A DNA stretch of 48,647 nt from contig JBLHKE010000001.1 in assembly GCA_047619485.1 (NCBI GenBank), positions 1 to 48,647 of the forward strand, in the 5' to 3' direction. The position numbers and the translations under genes were made by a program. Shown in pieces: positions 31,718 to 41,200 of this stretch. Positions within the stretch are counted from its first letter, which is position 1. Every line of letters starts with the position of its first letter. The notes under the pieces are model-generated. The model worked only from the letters and a program-made list of their open reading frames with translations, was not told the origin of the DNA and searched no databases. Origin of the DNA: Verrucomicrobiales bacterium. GTDB taxonomy: Bacteria > Verrucomicrobiota > Verrucomicrobiia > Verrucomicrobiales > DEV007.

Positions 31718-34711
31718 CTAGTCTAGGTAGATGAATTCGTTCAGGTTCAACACGAGCAGGCAGAGGCGCTCCAGCGCTTTGTCCTGATCGAGCCCGTGTT
31801 CGGTTTTGAGTTTTTCGATCAATGTTAGGCAGTGGTCGATCTCGTCCTGCTGCGCCTGGCGCGAGAGGGCGGTCTGCAGGCCGAGGCGCACCTGTTTGGC
31901 GACGTCACCACCGGCTCGCTCGCGCAGGTTCTCGGCCATCGTCGCGGCCTGTTCGTTGAGGAAGCGGCTGTTGAGCATGTTGAGCGCCTGGGTCGGCACG
32001 GTGGTGGTGAAGCGCACCGGGCAGGGGGCGTCGGTGTCGGCGAAGTCGAAGCTCTCGATCTCGGGTGGCTTGAGGCTGCGTTTGACCGTGATGTAGATGC
32101 TGCGTCGGCTCTGTTCCTCGGGCGAGCTCTTGCCCCACTTGCCGCCCTTGGTCGAGGAGGTTGCGAGCACGGCCTCGTCGAGCGTCGGATACATGCTCGG
32201 TCCACCGAGCTGCAGGTTGAGGTTGCCGCTTAGGTTGAGGATGGAATCGCGGATCTCCTCGGCGCTCAGGCGGCGCATGTTAAAACGCCAGAACAGGCCA
32301 TTGGTCGGGTCCTGGGCGAGCGCCTGGGTATTGCCGGCCGAGGACATCTGGTAGGCCTCGGAACTCATGATGAGGCGGTGCATGTCTTTGATGCTCCAAC
32401 CTTTCGCGACGAACTCGCTGGCCAGCCAGTCGAGTAGCTCCGGGTGGGTCGGCATCTCGCCGAGGTAGCCGAAATCGCTGCTAGTCGGACAGATGCCGCG
32501 GCCGAAGTGGTGCTGCCACAGGCGGTTCATCATGACGCGCGAAGTGCGCGGGTTGGTCGGCGAGGTCATCCACTCAGCCAGTACGGTGCGGCGGCCGCTG
32601 GATTTGGCGCCGGGTTTTGGATTGGGGATCTCCGCTGGTCCGCCACCGAGGATCAGTGGGAAACCGGGCTCGACCTGCTCGCCGGGCGCGTTGGCATTGC
32701 CGCGGATATGCACGTGCATCGGCGCAGGTTTGGATCCGGATTCCTGGACGATCATCGCGCGCACGCCGACGTCCATGCGTGAGCCGTTTTCGATTTGTGT
32801 GAGTTCGCGGCGAAAATTCTCATAGCGCTTGAGCTCCTCATTGGTGAAAATTTCCTTGCCGCGCTGGCGGATGAGTTTGGCGATGTCGAAGGCACCGAGT
32901 TTAGGTTGGTGCAGGCCGAGGTCGATGAACTGCCCTCCCTTGGTATGCTTGCAGTGCACGCTGACGACATTGCGCCCGGTCTGCAGTGCCTGCGTCGCCT
33001 CGGTGCCGAGCGCGATCTCGGTGTAGTTGGTCACGTGGCCACGCAGCTCGCGGATCAGCTGGCCGTTGAGGTAGACCTGCGCTTCCTCGTCGTGGTAGAT
33101 CGTCATCACCATCTTCTTCGGCACGGTGATTAGTTGGAAGCTGGTCTGCATCCAGATGTCGCTCGTCTTCCAATCAGTGCGCGCTTTGCTGTTCGGTGTC
33201 CCTTTGGAACCGAAGCCGCCCGGGGCGAGCTTCCAGCCCTCGTTCTCCGCGCGGAAGCCGACGTTGTACCAGCTCTCGTCCGGCACGGTCGTCGTGTAGT
33301 GCCATTGGTGTGGCTGTTTGCGCGAGTCGGGGATCATGATCTGCTCCGCGTTGGAACCGGCTAGCCGGGCGGCGATCTCCTTGTCCTTGGCCGCGAAACG
33401 ACGATTGGCCTCGGTCTCGAACTCGGCGCGCTCGGCGATGATCTGCTTCGCATCGGCGGCGAGTTCTGCCTTGCGCTGCTCGACCGCGGGTCGCATTGCG
33501 GGGGTGACGACGTTCTCGATGACGCGGCTCTTATCGTGATTGGTCAGGCCGTTGAAAAACGCCATGAAACTGTAGTAGTCCGTCTGCGGGATCGGGTCGG
33601 CCTTGTGATCATGACAGCGGGCACAACCGACGGTTATTGCGAGAAAACCCTCGGTGGTCGTGCGCAGGATGTCGTCCATCACATCGTAGCGCGCCTGGTG
33701 GCGGTCGACCGGCTCGTCATCCCACTGCATCAGGCGGTGGAAGCCGGTCGCGATCTTCGCGTCGACGGTGATCTCTTCCAACTCGTCGCCGGCGATCTGC
33801 TCGCGCACGAACTGGTCGTAGGGTTTGTCCTCATTGAACGCTTTGACGACGTAGTCGCGGTAGCGCCAGATCTCTTTTTTCTCCGAGTCGCGCTCGAAAC
33901 CGTTCGACTCGGCGTAGCGCACCACGTCGAGCCAGTGGCGTGCCCACCTCTCCCCGTAGTGTGGCGATGCTAGCAAGTCCTCGATGAGGTTCTCCCACGC
34001 CTGCGGCGATTCGTCTTTGATGAATGCGGCGACCTGCTCCGGGCTCGGCGGTAGGCCGATGAGGTTGTAGTAGGCGCGGCGGATGAGAGTCGCCTTGTTC
34101 GCCCTCGCGTTCTGCTTCAGCCCGGCTCCATTGAGCTTGGCGTTGATGAAGGCATCGATCGGGTGCTTGGCACCTTCGATCTGTGGCAGCGCCGGGCGTG
34201 TCAGTGGTTTATTGGACCAGAAAGCTTGCGTCGTGGCGTTGATCTTGGTCTGGCTGGATTCCTCCTCGAGCGGGTTGAGGACGTCGATGTCGTCGGCGGT
34301 CCAGGGTGCTTTCATTTCGACCCACTTGGTGAGCGTGGCGATCGTCTCCTCCGGGAGCTTGCTTTTCGGCGGCATCGCGTGCTGTGGGTCCGAGTGTGAG
34401 ATCATCTTCAGTAGAGGACTCTCCGCCGGGTTCGTCTCATCGATCACGGCCCCGTGATCGCCACCGATCATCAGGCCGCGGCGGCTGATGAGTTGCAGCC
34501 CGCCCTTGGCCTTGGCGTGGCCTTTGCTATCGATCTTGCCGTGACACTTGAAACAGCTGTTGGCGAGGATCGGGCGCACCTCCTTGGAGAAGAACTCGAC
34601 CTGCTCGGCGCTGAACTCCGGGTGCTCGATTTTTGTCCCCTCCTCGGCGTGGGCTGTGAATGTGAAGCCGAGGGTGGCAAACAGTAGGAATGATGGGTAG
34701 AATCGCGACAT
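31718..34711 (-). CDS. PSCyt1/PSCyt2(DUF1549)/PSD1(DUF1553) protein with inserted beta-sandwich-like domain
   Basis: ATG 34711 gives the signal peptide MSRFYPSFLLFATLGFTFTAHA. An N-terminal heme-like CFKCHG, a DUF1549-type CARCHDHKADP and a DUF1553 C-terminus are present. An insert of about 140 aa (QWHYTTTVPDESWYNVGF ... GGQFIDLGL) interrupts them. Confidence 0.88.
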   Translation of the reverse strand: MSRFYPSFLLFATLGFTFTAHAEEGTKIEHPEFSAEQVEFFSKEVRPILANSCFKCHGKIDSKGHAKAKGGLQLISRRGLMIGGDHGAVIDETNPAESPLLKMISHSDPQHAMPPKSKLPEETIATLTKWVEMKAPWTADDIDVLNPLEEESSQTKINATTQAFWSNKPLTRPALPQIEGAKHPIDAFINAKLNGAGLKQNARANKATLIRRAYYNLIGLPPSPEQVAAFIKDESPQAWENLIEDLLASPHYGERWARHWLDVVRYAESNGFERDSEKKEIWRYRDYVVKAFNEDKPYDQFVREQIAGDELEEITVDAKIATGFHRLMQWDDEPVDRHQARYDVMDDILRTTTEGFLAITVGCARCHDHKADPIPQTDYYSFMAFFNGLTNHDKSRVIENVVTPAMRPAVEQRKAELAADAKQIIAERAEFETEANRRFAAKDKEIAARLAGSNAEQIMIPDSRKQPHQWHYTTTVPDESWYNVGFRAENEGWKLAPGGFGSKGTPNSKARTDWKTSDIWMQTSFQLITVPKKMVMTIYHDEEAQVYLNGQLIRELRGHVTNYTEIALGTEATQALQTGRNVVSVHCKHTKGGQFIDLGLHQPKLGAFDIAKLIRQRGKEIFTNEELKRYENFRRELTQIENGSRMDVGVRAMIVQESGSKPAPMHVHIRGNANAPGEQVEPGFPLILGGGPAEIPNPKPGAKSSGRRTVLAEWMTSPTNPRTSRVMMNRLWQHHFGRGICPTSSDFGYLGEMPTHPELLDWLASEFVAKGWSIKDMHRLIMSSEAYQMSSAGNTQALAQDPTNGLFWRFNMRRLSAEEIRDSILNLSGNLNLQLGGPSMYPTLDEAVLATSSTKGGKWGKSSPEEQSRRSIYITVKRSLKPPEIESFDFADTDAPCPVRFTTTVPTQALNMLNSRFLNEQAATMAENLRERAGGDVAKQVRLGLQTALSRQAQQDEIDHCLTLIEKLKTEHGLDQDKALERLCLLVLNLNEFIYLD

Positions 34712-34797
34712 AAATGGGCTCCGGGCTTTTAACTTGAGCAAAGCAGCGTTGCGCTGTCTTTTCTAACGAAACATAGCCCTAAAAAGCTACCTTGGCT

Positions 34798-35679
34798 ATG
34801 CTACGAAACGACAAAGACCTATCCGAAACCGACATCCGTCACCCGGAATCATGCATGTTGACCGTGCGCGCGGATGACGCTGGCGACGGGCGTCCTTGGC
34901 ACGATGCGGGCGCACGATGCCGCCTGCTGGACGGGTATCACATCGAGCATGCCGGCGTCGGGCGCATGCCCGCGCCATTCGAGATTGTGCGGACGGCACT
35001 GGGCGGGTCGTATTTCCTGTCCTGCTTCGGCGGTTCGGGCGAAGTGTTAGTCAACGGCCGCTGGGAGACCTGCGGGGTGGGGGAGGCGTTCCTGCTGGCG
35101 CCGGGTACCCTGCACGCTTTTCGCGCCACGACGGGTGGGCACTGGGATTTCAGTTGGGTGCGCTACCGGGAGGTGGCGGGTCAGAAGCCGGTGGCACGCG
35201 CGAGCTCACCGGTGATGGCAAGATTTCCCGCGCAACCGTTCCTGCACGCGGTGTCTGGTCTCTACCACGCGAGCGCCGCCCCGGAGGCGCGGCCGGCGGC
35301 AGTGGCACAGTGGGTTGATTTAGTGCATAATTATGTGTTAGAGTATGCGCAGCCAGCAGGCGGTGATGCACGGCTAGATCGGGTCTGGGAGGCGGTGGGG
35401 CGCGACCTCGCCGCCGACTGGTCGACGGCCTCGATGGCGGAGATCGCGCACGTCAGCGAGAAGCAACTCGAGCGCCTGTGCAAACGTGATCTCGGGCGCA
35501 CGCCGCGCCAGCACCTCATCGCGCTGCGGATGCACCGCGCGGCGGAACTGCTGACATCGACCGACGCGACGGTCGAATCGATCGCTGCGGCGGTTGGTTA
35601 TCAGAACCCGTTCACGTTTTCGACCCGCTTCAGGCGCTTCAGCGGCTGGCCGCCGTCACGCTACCCGGCGCGGCTTTGA
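34798..35679 (+). CDS. AraC family transcriptional regulator (cupin + HTH)
   Basis: The C-terminal AraC HTH (IAAAVGYQNPFTFSTRFRRFSGWPPSRY) follows an N-terminal cupin-like sensor. It is divergent from the DUF1553 gene. Confidence 0.85.
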   Translation: MLRNDKDLSETDIRHPESCMLTVRADDAGDGRPWHDAGARCRLLDGYHIEHAGVGRMPAPFEIVRTALGGSYFLSCFGGSGEVLVNGRWETCGVGEAFLLAPGTLHAFRATTGGHWDFSWVRYREVAGQKPVARASSPVMARFPAQPFLHAVSGLYHASAAPEARPAAVAQWVDLVHNYVLEYAQPAGGDARLDRVWEAVGRDLAADWSTASMAEIAHVSEKQLERLCKRDLGRTPRQHLIALRMHRAAELLTSTDATVESIAAAVGYQNPFTFSTRFRRFSGWPPSRYPARL

Positions 35680-35736
35680 TCGGGTCTGAAAATCGAGTGG
35701 AAAATTGGGATTTCCGACCCACCATATTGCTAGTTT

Positions 35737-36378
35737 ATGAACGATCCTGTCGCCAATACCCAAGTCGAGTTGGCCAGCCGCCTAGGTCTGCTGGACGATG
35801 TCATCGAGGCGCTCGAAGACGGCGCCAACATCGATTGCAATGGCTGCTCGCCGGTCTATTTCGCGATCCAGAACGGTCACCGGGAGGTGCTGGTAGCTCT
35901 GGTCGAGCGCGGCGCGGATGTGTCAATGTTCGGGGTGGACCCAGCGGGCGACGTCCTTGAGCAGCTGATGGCGATCGGCCCAGGTGGGGTTGAGACAACC
36001 ACGGTAGACGCGCCGGATGCGGTGGAGGGAATGGTCGAGCTAGACGCGAAGATGATCCGCGCCTTCGACCGGATGCTGTGCAACAAAGGCATGGGCGAAC
36101 CGATCAAGAAGGGTCGCCTGACCGAATACCGAGCCTTCTGTGATGGCCTGACGAGCCTGGCTGCGGAAGATTGCCAATCCGTGGTTAGCGAGTTTCTCGA
36201 CTGGATCAAGCCCCAGGGCGACGCCGATCCTGAGGAGGCGGCGAATATGATTCTCGGCGACGAGAGCAGCGCCGCGCGACTGGCGGAATTGGCCGAGCGC
36301 TACGCGAAGGTGACGGCGGAGGAGTTGCCCGGTGAGTTGTTGAAAGACTACCTCAAAGAGCGCAAGAAGGTCAGTTGA
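35737..36378 (+). CDS. ankyrin-repeat-containing protein
   Basis: An ANK repeat signature is present (DGANIDCNGCSPVYFAIQNGHREVLVALVERGADV). The rest is unassigned. The gene ends in tandem TGA TGA. Confidence 0.75.
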   Translation: MNDPVANTQVELASRLGLLDDVIEALEDGANIDCNGCSPVYFAIQNGHREVLVALVERGADVSMFGVDPAGDVLEQLMAIGPGGVETTTVDAPDAVEGMVELDAKMIRAFDRMLCNKGMGEPIKKGRLTEYRAFCDGLTSLAAEDCQSVVSEFLDWIKPQGDADPEEAANMILGDESSAARLAELAERYAKVTAEELPGELLKDYLKERKKVS

Positions 36379-36609
36379 TGAGGTAATATTTGGAGCTTCC
36401 AAGCGGTCGGGCCGCCGCCGGGATTGGATCACGCGACGGCGATGCGTTTCCTCGACTCGATCATGGAGAAGAATCTGCTGCCCGGTGCCCGGTAGTAAGT
36501 GCCTCTACCGGCGGATGAGATGACGGCGATTTAGCCTAGTCTCGACCGCACCCGGTTGGTAAACGTATGCGGAGTTAGGAAGAGTTGGATATGCGAGATC
36601 CCGAAAACG

Positions 36610-37073
36610 ATGAAGTGGAGAACGGTTCGCAACTTGGCCGATCCAAAAAACAATAACAGCAGCCTAAACCAGCCGCAAGGTGGCGAGCAAATATTGATAG
36701 GAAAAGTATTTTTACTGTATTACCATTTTGAAGAGCACCGAGAAACTTGTTGGGTGAATTGCACTGTTCGCCTGAAAAAAGGCTCTTCGCAATACTGCGA
36801 TACTCATTCTACCGCATCCTGCCAACCCTCACCGAACAGCAGAGGACGTTTCTGGAATACTTTTTCGATGTCAATCGACGCAGCATCATCGCCTTTGACC
36901 AGTTTGAGTCTTTGCGTTCCGGCGCTGGTTTTGGTAACGAGTTCGCAAGTTGCGCCTTTCCCAGCGATGAGGAAGATGAGGCTCCAATCGAGGGAGTGCG
37001 TATCCGCTACTTTGACGAGCAAGTAGATCTCCCGACTGAGTTCTTTTTCGAAAAGTTATCCGATTTAGGGTGA
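36610..37073 (+). pseudogene. probable frameshifted remnant of an unknown gene
   Basis: ATG 36610 opens a frame (MKWRTV...GKVFLLYYHFEEHRE) that becomes non-protein-like near 36745. There the next frame (track ORF 36747-37073, no ATG) reads protein-like (LFAILRYSFYRILPTLTEQQRTFLEYFFDV ... IEGVRIRYFDEQVDLPTEFFFEKLSDLG). The region is low-GC. Confidence 0.3.
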
Positions 37074-37494
37074 GGGTGTATTCGTCCCTCGCCGCGACAC
37101 TGATTCTCGCCTCAAGTCGCTCGCAGGTGGTCGCGTCTTTCCTGGCGTCCACCACCTCTCAAGCTTTCTCGTGAACGATAGCGAAGGCTCGATTTCGATA
37201 CGCATGAAAGCTGATGACTTCGAAGAACCACTGGTTGATCTCGAGGTCAGAGAGACATCAGATTTTCCGGAGTCGTCGGTTTTCGAATCACATCGGAGGC
37301 GTGACTGCATTGGTGGGTGGCAGGCATCAAGTGTTGCCAAACTACCTGAGTTCAACGGAGCGCGATTGGGCTTAAATAGGATGGAGGCCGGACTGGTCGA
37401 ACTTCCCGCGTATTGGTTCAGGTAAAAATGGCTCGCCGCGACATTCGTCTACCATGGATACTTCCTTCAGCCCTTCACCCTGTTCTGCCAGAAT

Positions 37495-37848
37495 ATGAGA
37501 ACGCAACAGCTCACCTGGATTCCTGCTATCTCTTCTCTGGTTGTGTTGTTTTCGTACGTTACGCTGGCTCTTCATGTGCGGCTTGGACTCGGTCATTGGC
37601 CAAAGCCGATGTATGAGAGTTACGAAACCAATTTATACTTTGCGCACGGATGGCTATTTATAGGTATTGGCTTTTTTGCAGTCCTTCTCGCGGCGCCCCT
37701 CTGGCTAGTCGGCTTAAAGCTGCCGATATTTAGGACACCAAAGCGGACACGATTCATCCAGCTTGGAGTGTTTGGTCTCGGATGGCTGCTTTTCTATCTC
37801 TATGTCGCTATCGATCCCGGTTCGTTCACCATGTGGTTTCTCGGCTAG
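37495..37848 (+). CDS. small membrane protein (3-4 TM), unknown function
   Basis: ATG start and clear hydrophobic segments (IPAISSLVVLFSYVTLAL, WLFIGIGFFAVLLAAPLWLVGL, LGVFGLGWLLFYLYVAI). It lies in the low-GC island. Confidence 0.5.
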   Translation: MRTQQLTWIPAISSLVVLFSYVTLALHVRLGLGHWPKPMYESYETNLYFAHGWLFIGIGFFAVLLAAPLWLVGLKLPIFRTPKRTRFIQLGVFGLGWLLFYLYVAIDPGSFTMWFLG

Positions 37849-37930
37849 GAGATGCACGGTCTCGGGGTGGCTTCGATTCACACGGTCGGCAGAGCAAGGC
37901 TGAGGATGACTCCAACATTGGAAAGTGTAA

Positions 37931-38035
37931 GTGATTGTCACGATCGACGTTGCTTATCTGACCGATGGATCATGGAAGATTGTTGAGGTTGGCTCCGGTG
38001 TCGTATCTGGGCTTCCGATGCGTATGGAACCCTAA
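37931..38035 (+). pseudogene. C-terminal remnant of an R2K/DUF4343-type ATP-grasp gene
   Basis: VIVTIDVAYLTDGSWKIVEVGSGVVSGLP matches the conserved C-terminal block of phage/island-type ATP-grasp proteins, as I recall that family. An in-frame TAA lies directly upstream and no N-terminal part is present. Confidence 0.35.
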
Positions 38036-38189
38036 CGTTTCTTCGCAAGTCTCTGGAATCATGCTGGAGAGCATGTCGTCGATCCTAAGTTCTGACCCGC
38101 CGCGAGTTTATTCAGCCATGAACAATCAATCATCAACTGACCGCAAACAAGCGGGCGATCAAACGGCTGACGCGACGGACTTGAACCCT

Positions 38190-38206
38190 CGTTGAAATTT
38201 TCAACG
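38190..38206. repeat. perfect 8+1+8 palindrome
   Basis: CGTTGAAA T TTTCAACG lies between the island and the stop of the S8 peptidase gene. Confidence 0.7.
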
Positions 38207-38259
38207 CCTAACCCGAATCAGATGGTCGCCGCGGGCTGTCGGTCGACGACTCGCTCTGC

Positions 38260-41200
38260 CTACTGTGGCAGGGCTAGGCGCTGGTCGCGCATTTTTTGTT
38301 GCAGGCGGATTCGATCGGCGAAGCGCTTGTCGAGGCCGAGCTGCTCGTAGAGCGTGAGCTTCTCTTCGTGCAGTTTCTTGTCGAAGGGGGAGTCCTTCAG
38401 CTGCGCATCGATCTTCTGTAGGGCGAGTGCGTGGTAGCCTTCGGCTATCAGGAGGGCGAGTTCGACTTTCTGGTAATCCTTAGATGGTTGATCCTCCCAG
38501 CGGCGTATCTCGGCGAGGGCTTTGCGTGAGGGTTTTAGCCTGTTGGCCTTTAGTAGGATTTCAGCCTCGAGGCGGGCGATCGTTGCTAGGCGTTTGCGGC
38601 GCAGATCCATCTTCTTCTGCCTCTCAGAGGCCTCTTTTTTCTCGTCGAGGGTCGCCTCATCGGGTTCACTGCGGGCACCGAAGTAGGTGGCGACACCTTT
38701 CGGGTCGCTCAGGGCGCGGGCTTTTTTCAGTATTTTCATTACCTGCTTCGGTGCGTTCTTGTTTTTCTTCTTGGCAGGTTTTTTCTTCGGTGCGTCGCCT
38801 TTCTTTGGGGGGGCGATGAGTAGCCCGGCTTGCCCAGCATGAATCATGGCGTGGATGACGTGAAGGTCGGCGTCTTTTGGCTTCTCTTGCAACAATGCCT
38901 TCAGCAGCTCGTCGCGCTTGGCCTGCTCTTCGGCTTTTTCGGAGAGCTTGGTCGCCCTGACGAAGGTGAGGCGTCGTTGGAAGCGGTCGTCGGTCAATTT
39001 ATCCAACGCAGCTTTCTTTTTCTCGAGTGACTCGGGCTTTTTCTTTTGGTTGGCGACCGCTTTGAAGTCGGCGCCTGGTCGGCACTCGACGCGGATGCTG
39101 AGTAGCTCGTGCTTGGCGCCGCCCTGTTGCTTCAATTTGAAACTCCCACTGAAATAATCGGGAGCCGGTTTCTGCGAGCCCAGCGAGGCGAGCCCCGCTG
39201 CGCCAACCAATAGGCTGTTGCTACGATTTGCTACCAGCTCTAGCGCCCCGGTCTTCTTCCCCTGCATCACCTCGCGATTCGAGGTGAAGAGTTCGAGGGT
39301 TTTCGGCTTGTCGAGTTTGGTCGAGTAGGCGAGCGGGCGGTCCTGTTCACGCTCCAACATAGATCGTTCAAGGCTGCGCAGGTCACGGTAGAAGGTCGTC
39401 TTGCCCTTCGGCAATGTGAGGCCGGAGTTCCGGTAGGCGCCTCCCTGGTAGAGTAGCTTTCCGGACTCGTGGTAGGCGGTGATCACGCCACCAGCGATTT
39501 CCGAACCGGCAGAGAAACGCCGCGCGGACTGGAGTTCGATCTTGGTGGGTTTCTCAACGGCGACCGAGAAGGTCTGGCGCAGAAAGGCGGGCGACAGCCC
39601 CTTCTCCTGACGCGGGCCTGGAGGGAATGCCTCGCGTTGATCTGGCGAGAGGAACTCGGTTTTTTCCGGCAGTTGGCTGAAGTGGGCGCGATCGATGGAA
39701 CCCTCGCCGCTGACGGTTTCGCTGCTGGCGCTGACAACGCGCAGCGGGACGTGTTCGTCGTTCTGATTGAAGGAGAGCAAGTCCTGGTCGGAGTCGATGC
39801 CGATGAATTGCAGGTCGACCCCGAGGGTGGTTTTGCCGGCGGAGAAATACGGTTGGTGGATGGCGAGTTCGGTTGTCTTACCGCCCTCGACTGGGATCAG
39901 GATTTCCGCCTCGGCGCCAGGGGTCATGCCGAAGTAGCTCATCTTGTTGAATGAGTAGTAGCTGCCGTCGGCGACCAGCGTGACGGCGTGCAGGATGACC
40001 ACGCGCGGCAACGGGTCAGCGGACTGGCGGTGCAGGCGCAGTTTCATGAAATTGGCATTCGCTGGAATCTGGAAAAAGTGCCGATCGGTCGCGCCGGATT
40101 TGAGATCGAGCGAGTAGCTGGCGCGGTGTTTGGCATGCGGATCGGTTTTCTCTCCGCGCACGATGGTGATCGGGATGCGCAGCAGTGGTCCGGAATTTGG
40201 CGAGTCTGCCAGCCGCGCCTGGATCTCTGCGTATAGTGGTGGCTGTCCGGGGCGTGTCTCGGGAATATCGAGGATCGGGCGGATGGTGATACGCCCGTTC
40301 GCCAGCCTCACGTAGTCAGGTACTTTGACCCAGGGCTGCGTCGAGGTGAACACCAGATCTTCTTCGAAAGCGTACTTTTCCGGAGCGTTGACGCGTTGGA
40401 TGAACTTGGGAGTGATGTCGAAACGCACTTCTTTCTTCCCGGCAGGGATGTCCCCACGCAGGTAGAGGCCGGGGCCGTTGCGGAAGGTGTTCGATTCGGT
40501 GTTGATGGAGTAGAAGTGATCCCAAGCGCTCTCTTCAGCGTTCGCCTTGAGATGATCCCACGCGGGGAGCGCCTGGACTAGGCCGGCGCCCTGTGCGAAG
40601 ACCTCGACATCTCTGACGAAGTGCGCGCTGTTCATGAGCGCTGCGCGGATGCGTGCCGGTGAGTGCTCGACCTTGCTCTGTTTCGCCGCACTGACTAGCA
40701 GAGCACCAAGACCAGCGACTGAGGGGGACGACATCGAGGTGCCATTGTAGCGCTGCGACTTGCGTAATTCGTCGTAGGCCAGTGAGGCATACGCGCCGCC
40801 GGGTCCCATGATATCGACGCCTAGGTCGCCGTTCTTCGCCGGGCCGCGTGCGGAGAAATTGTAGGCTGTGCTCGGTGCCTTGCTGGTCTGGTTGTGGAGC
40901 ACGCGCGCCATCTCCGAGGACACGTAGGCGCCGACGCCGATCACCGAACTGGCATCGCCGCCTGGGCTTCCGAGTGTCGACAGTGCAGGTCCGCTGTTGC
41001 CGGCCGAGACGAAGGCGGTGACACCGTATTTCTCCACTAGCAGATTGTAGGTGCGGGCGCCGAGATTCCCACCGTCCTGATACTGGCTTGCGCCACCCCA
41101 GCTGGCGTTCATGATGTCGACCCCATATTGCGCGCAGGCGGCGACCCCACGCATCTCGCCGACCCCGGTCGAGCTGCCACCGAAGCGCGTGTCGCCGATT

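Noticed and set aside
36376-36381. TGA recoding or readthrough (Sec, Trp or Gly) at the tandem TGA TGA of the ankyrin gene.
   Set aside because: TGA is used as an ordinary stop by many well-defined genes in this window (gmk, the VWA gene, lpxA, AraC). No SECIS-like hairpin follows, and two consecutive TGAs argue for termination. Truncation or decay is the simpler reading.
38165-38206. A possible tRNA gene, with a T-arm-like TTCAAGT loop next to a stem-loop.
   Set aside because: It is not a functional tRNA. The adjacent stem-loop has loop AAAAUUU (no U33, no purine 37), there is no room for a variable loop, and there is no D-arm or matching 5' acceptor strand. I kept it only as a possible att relic.
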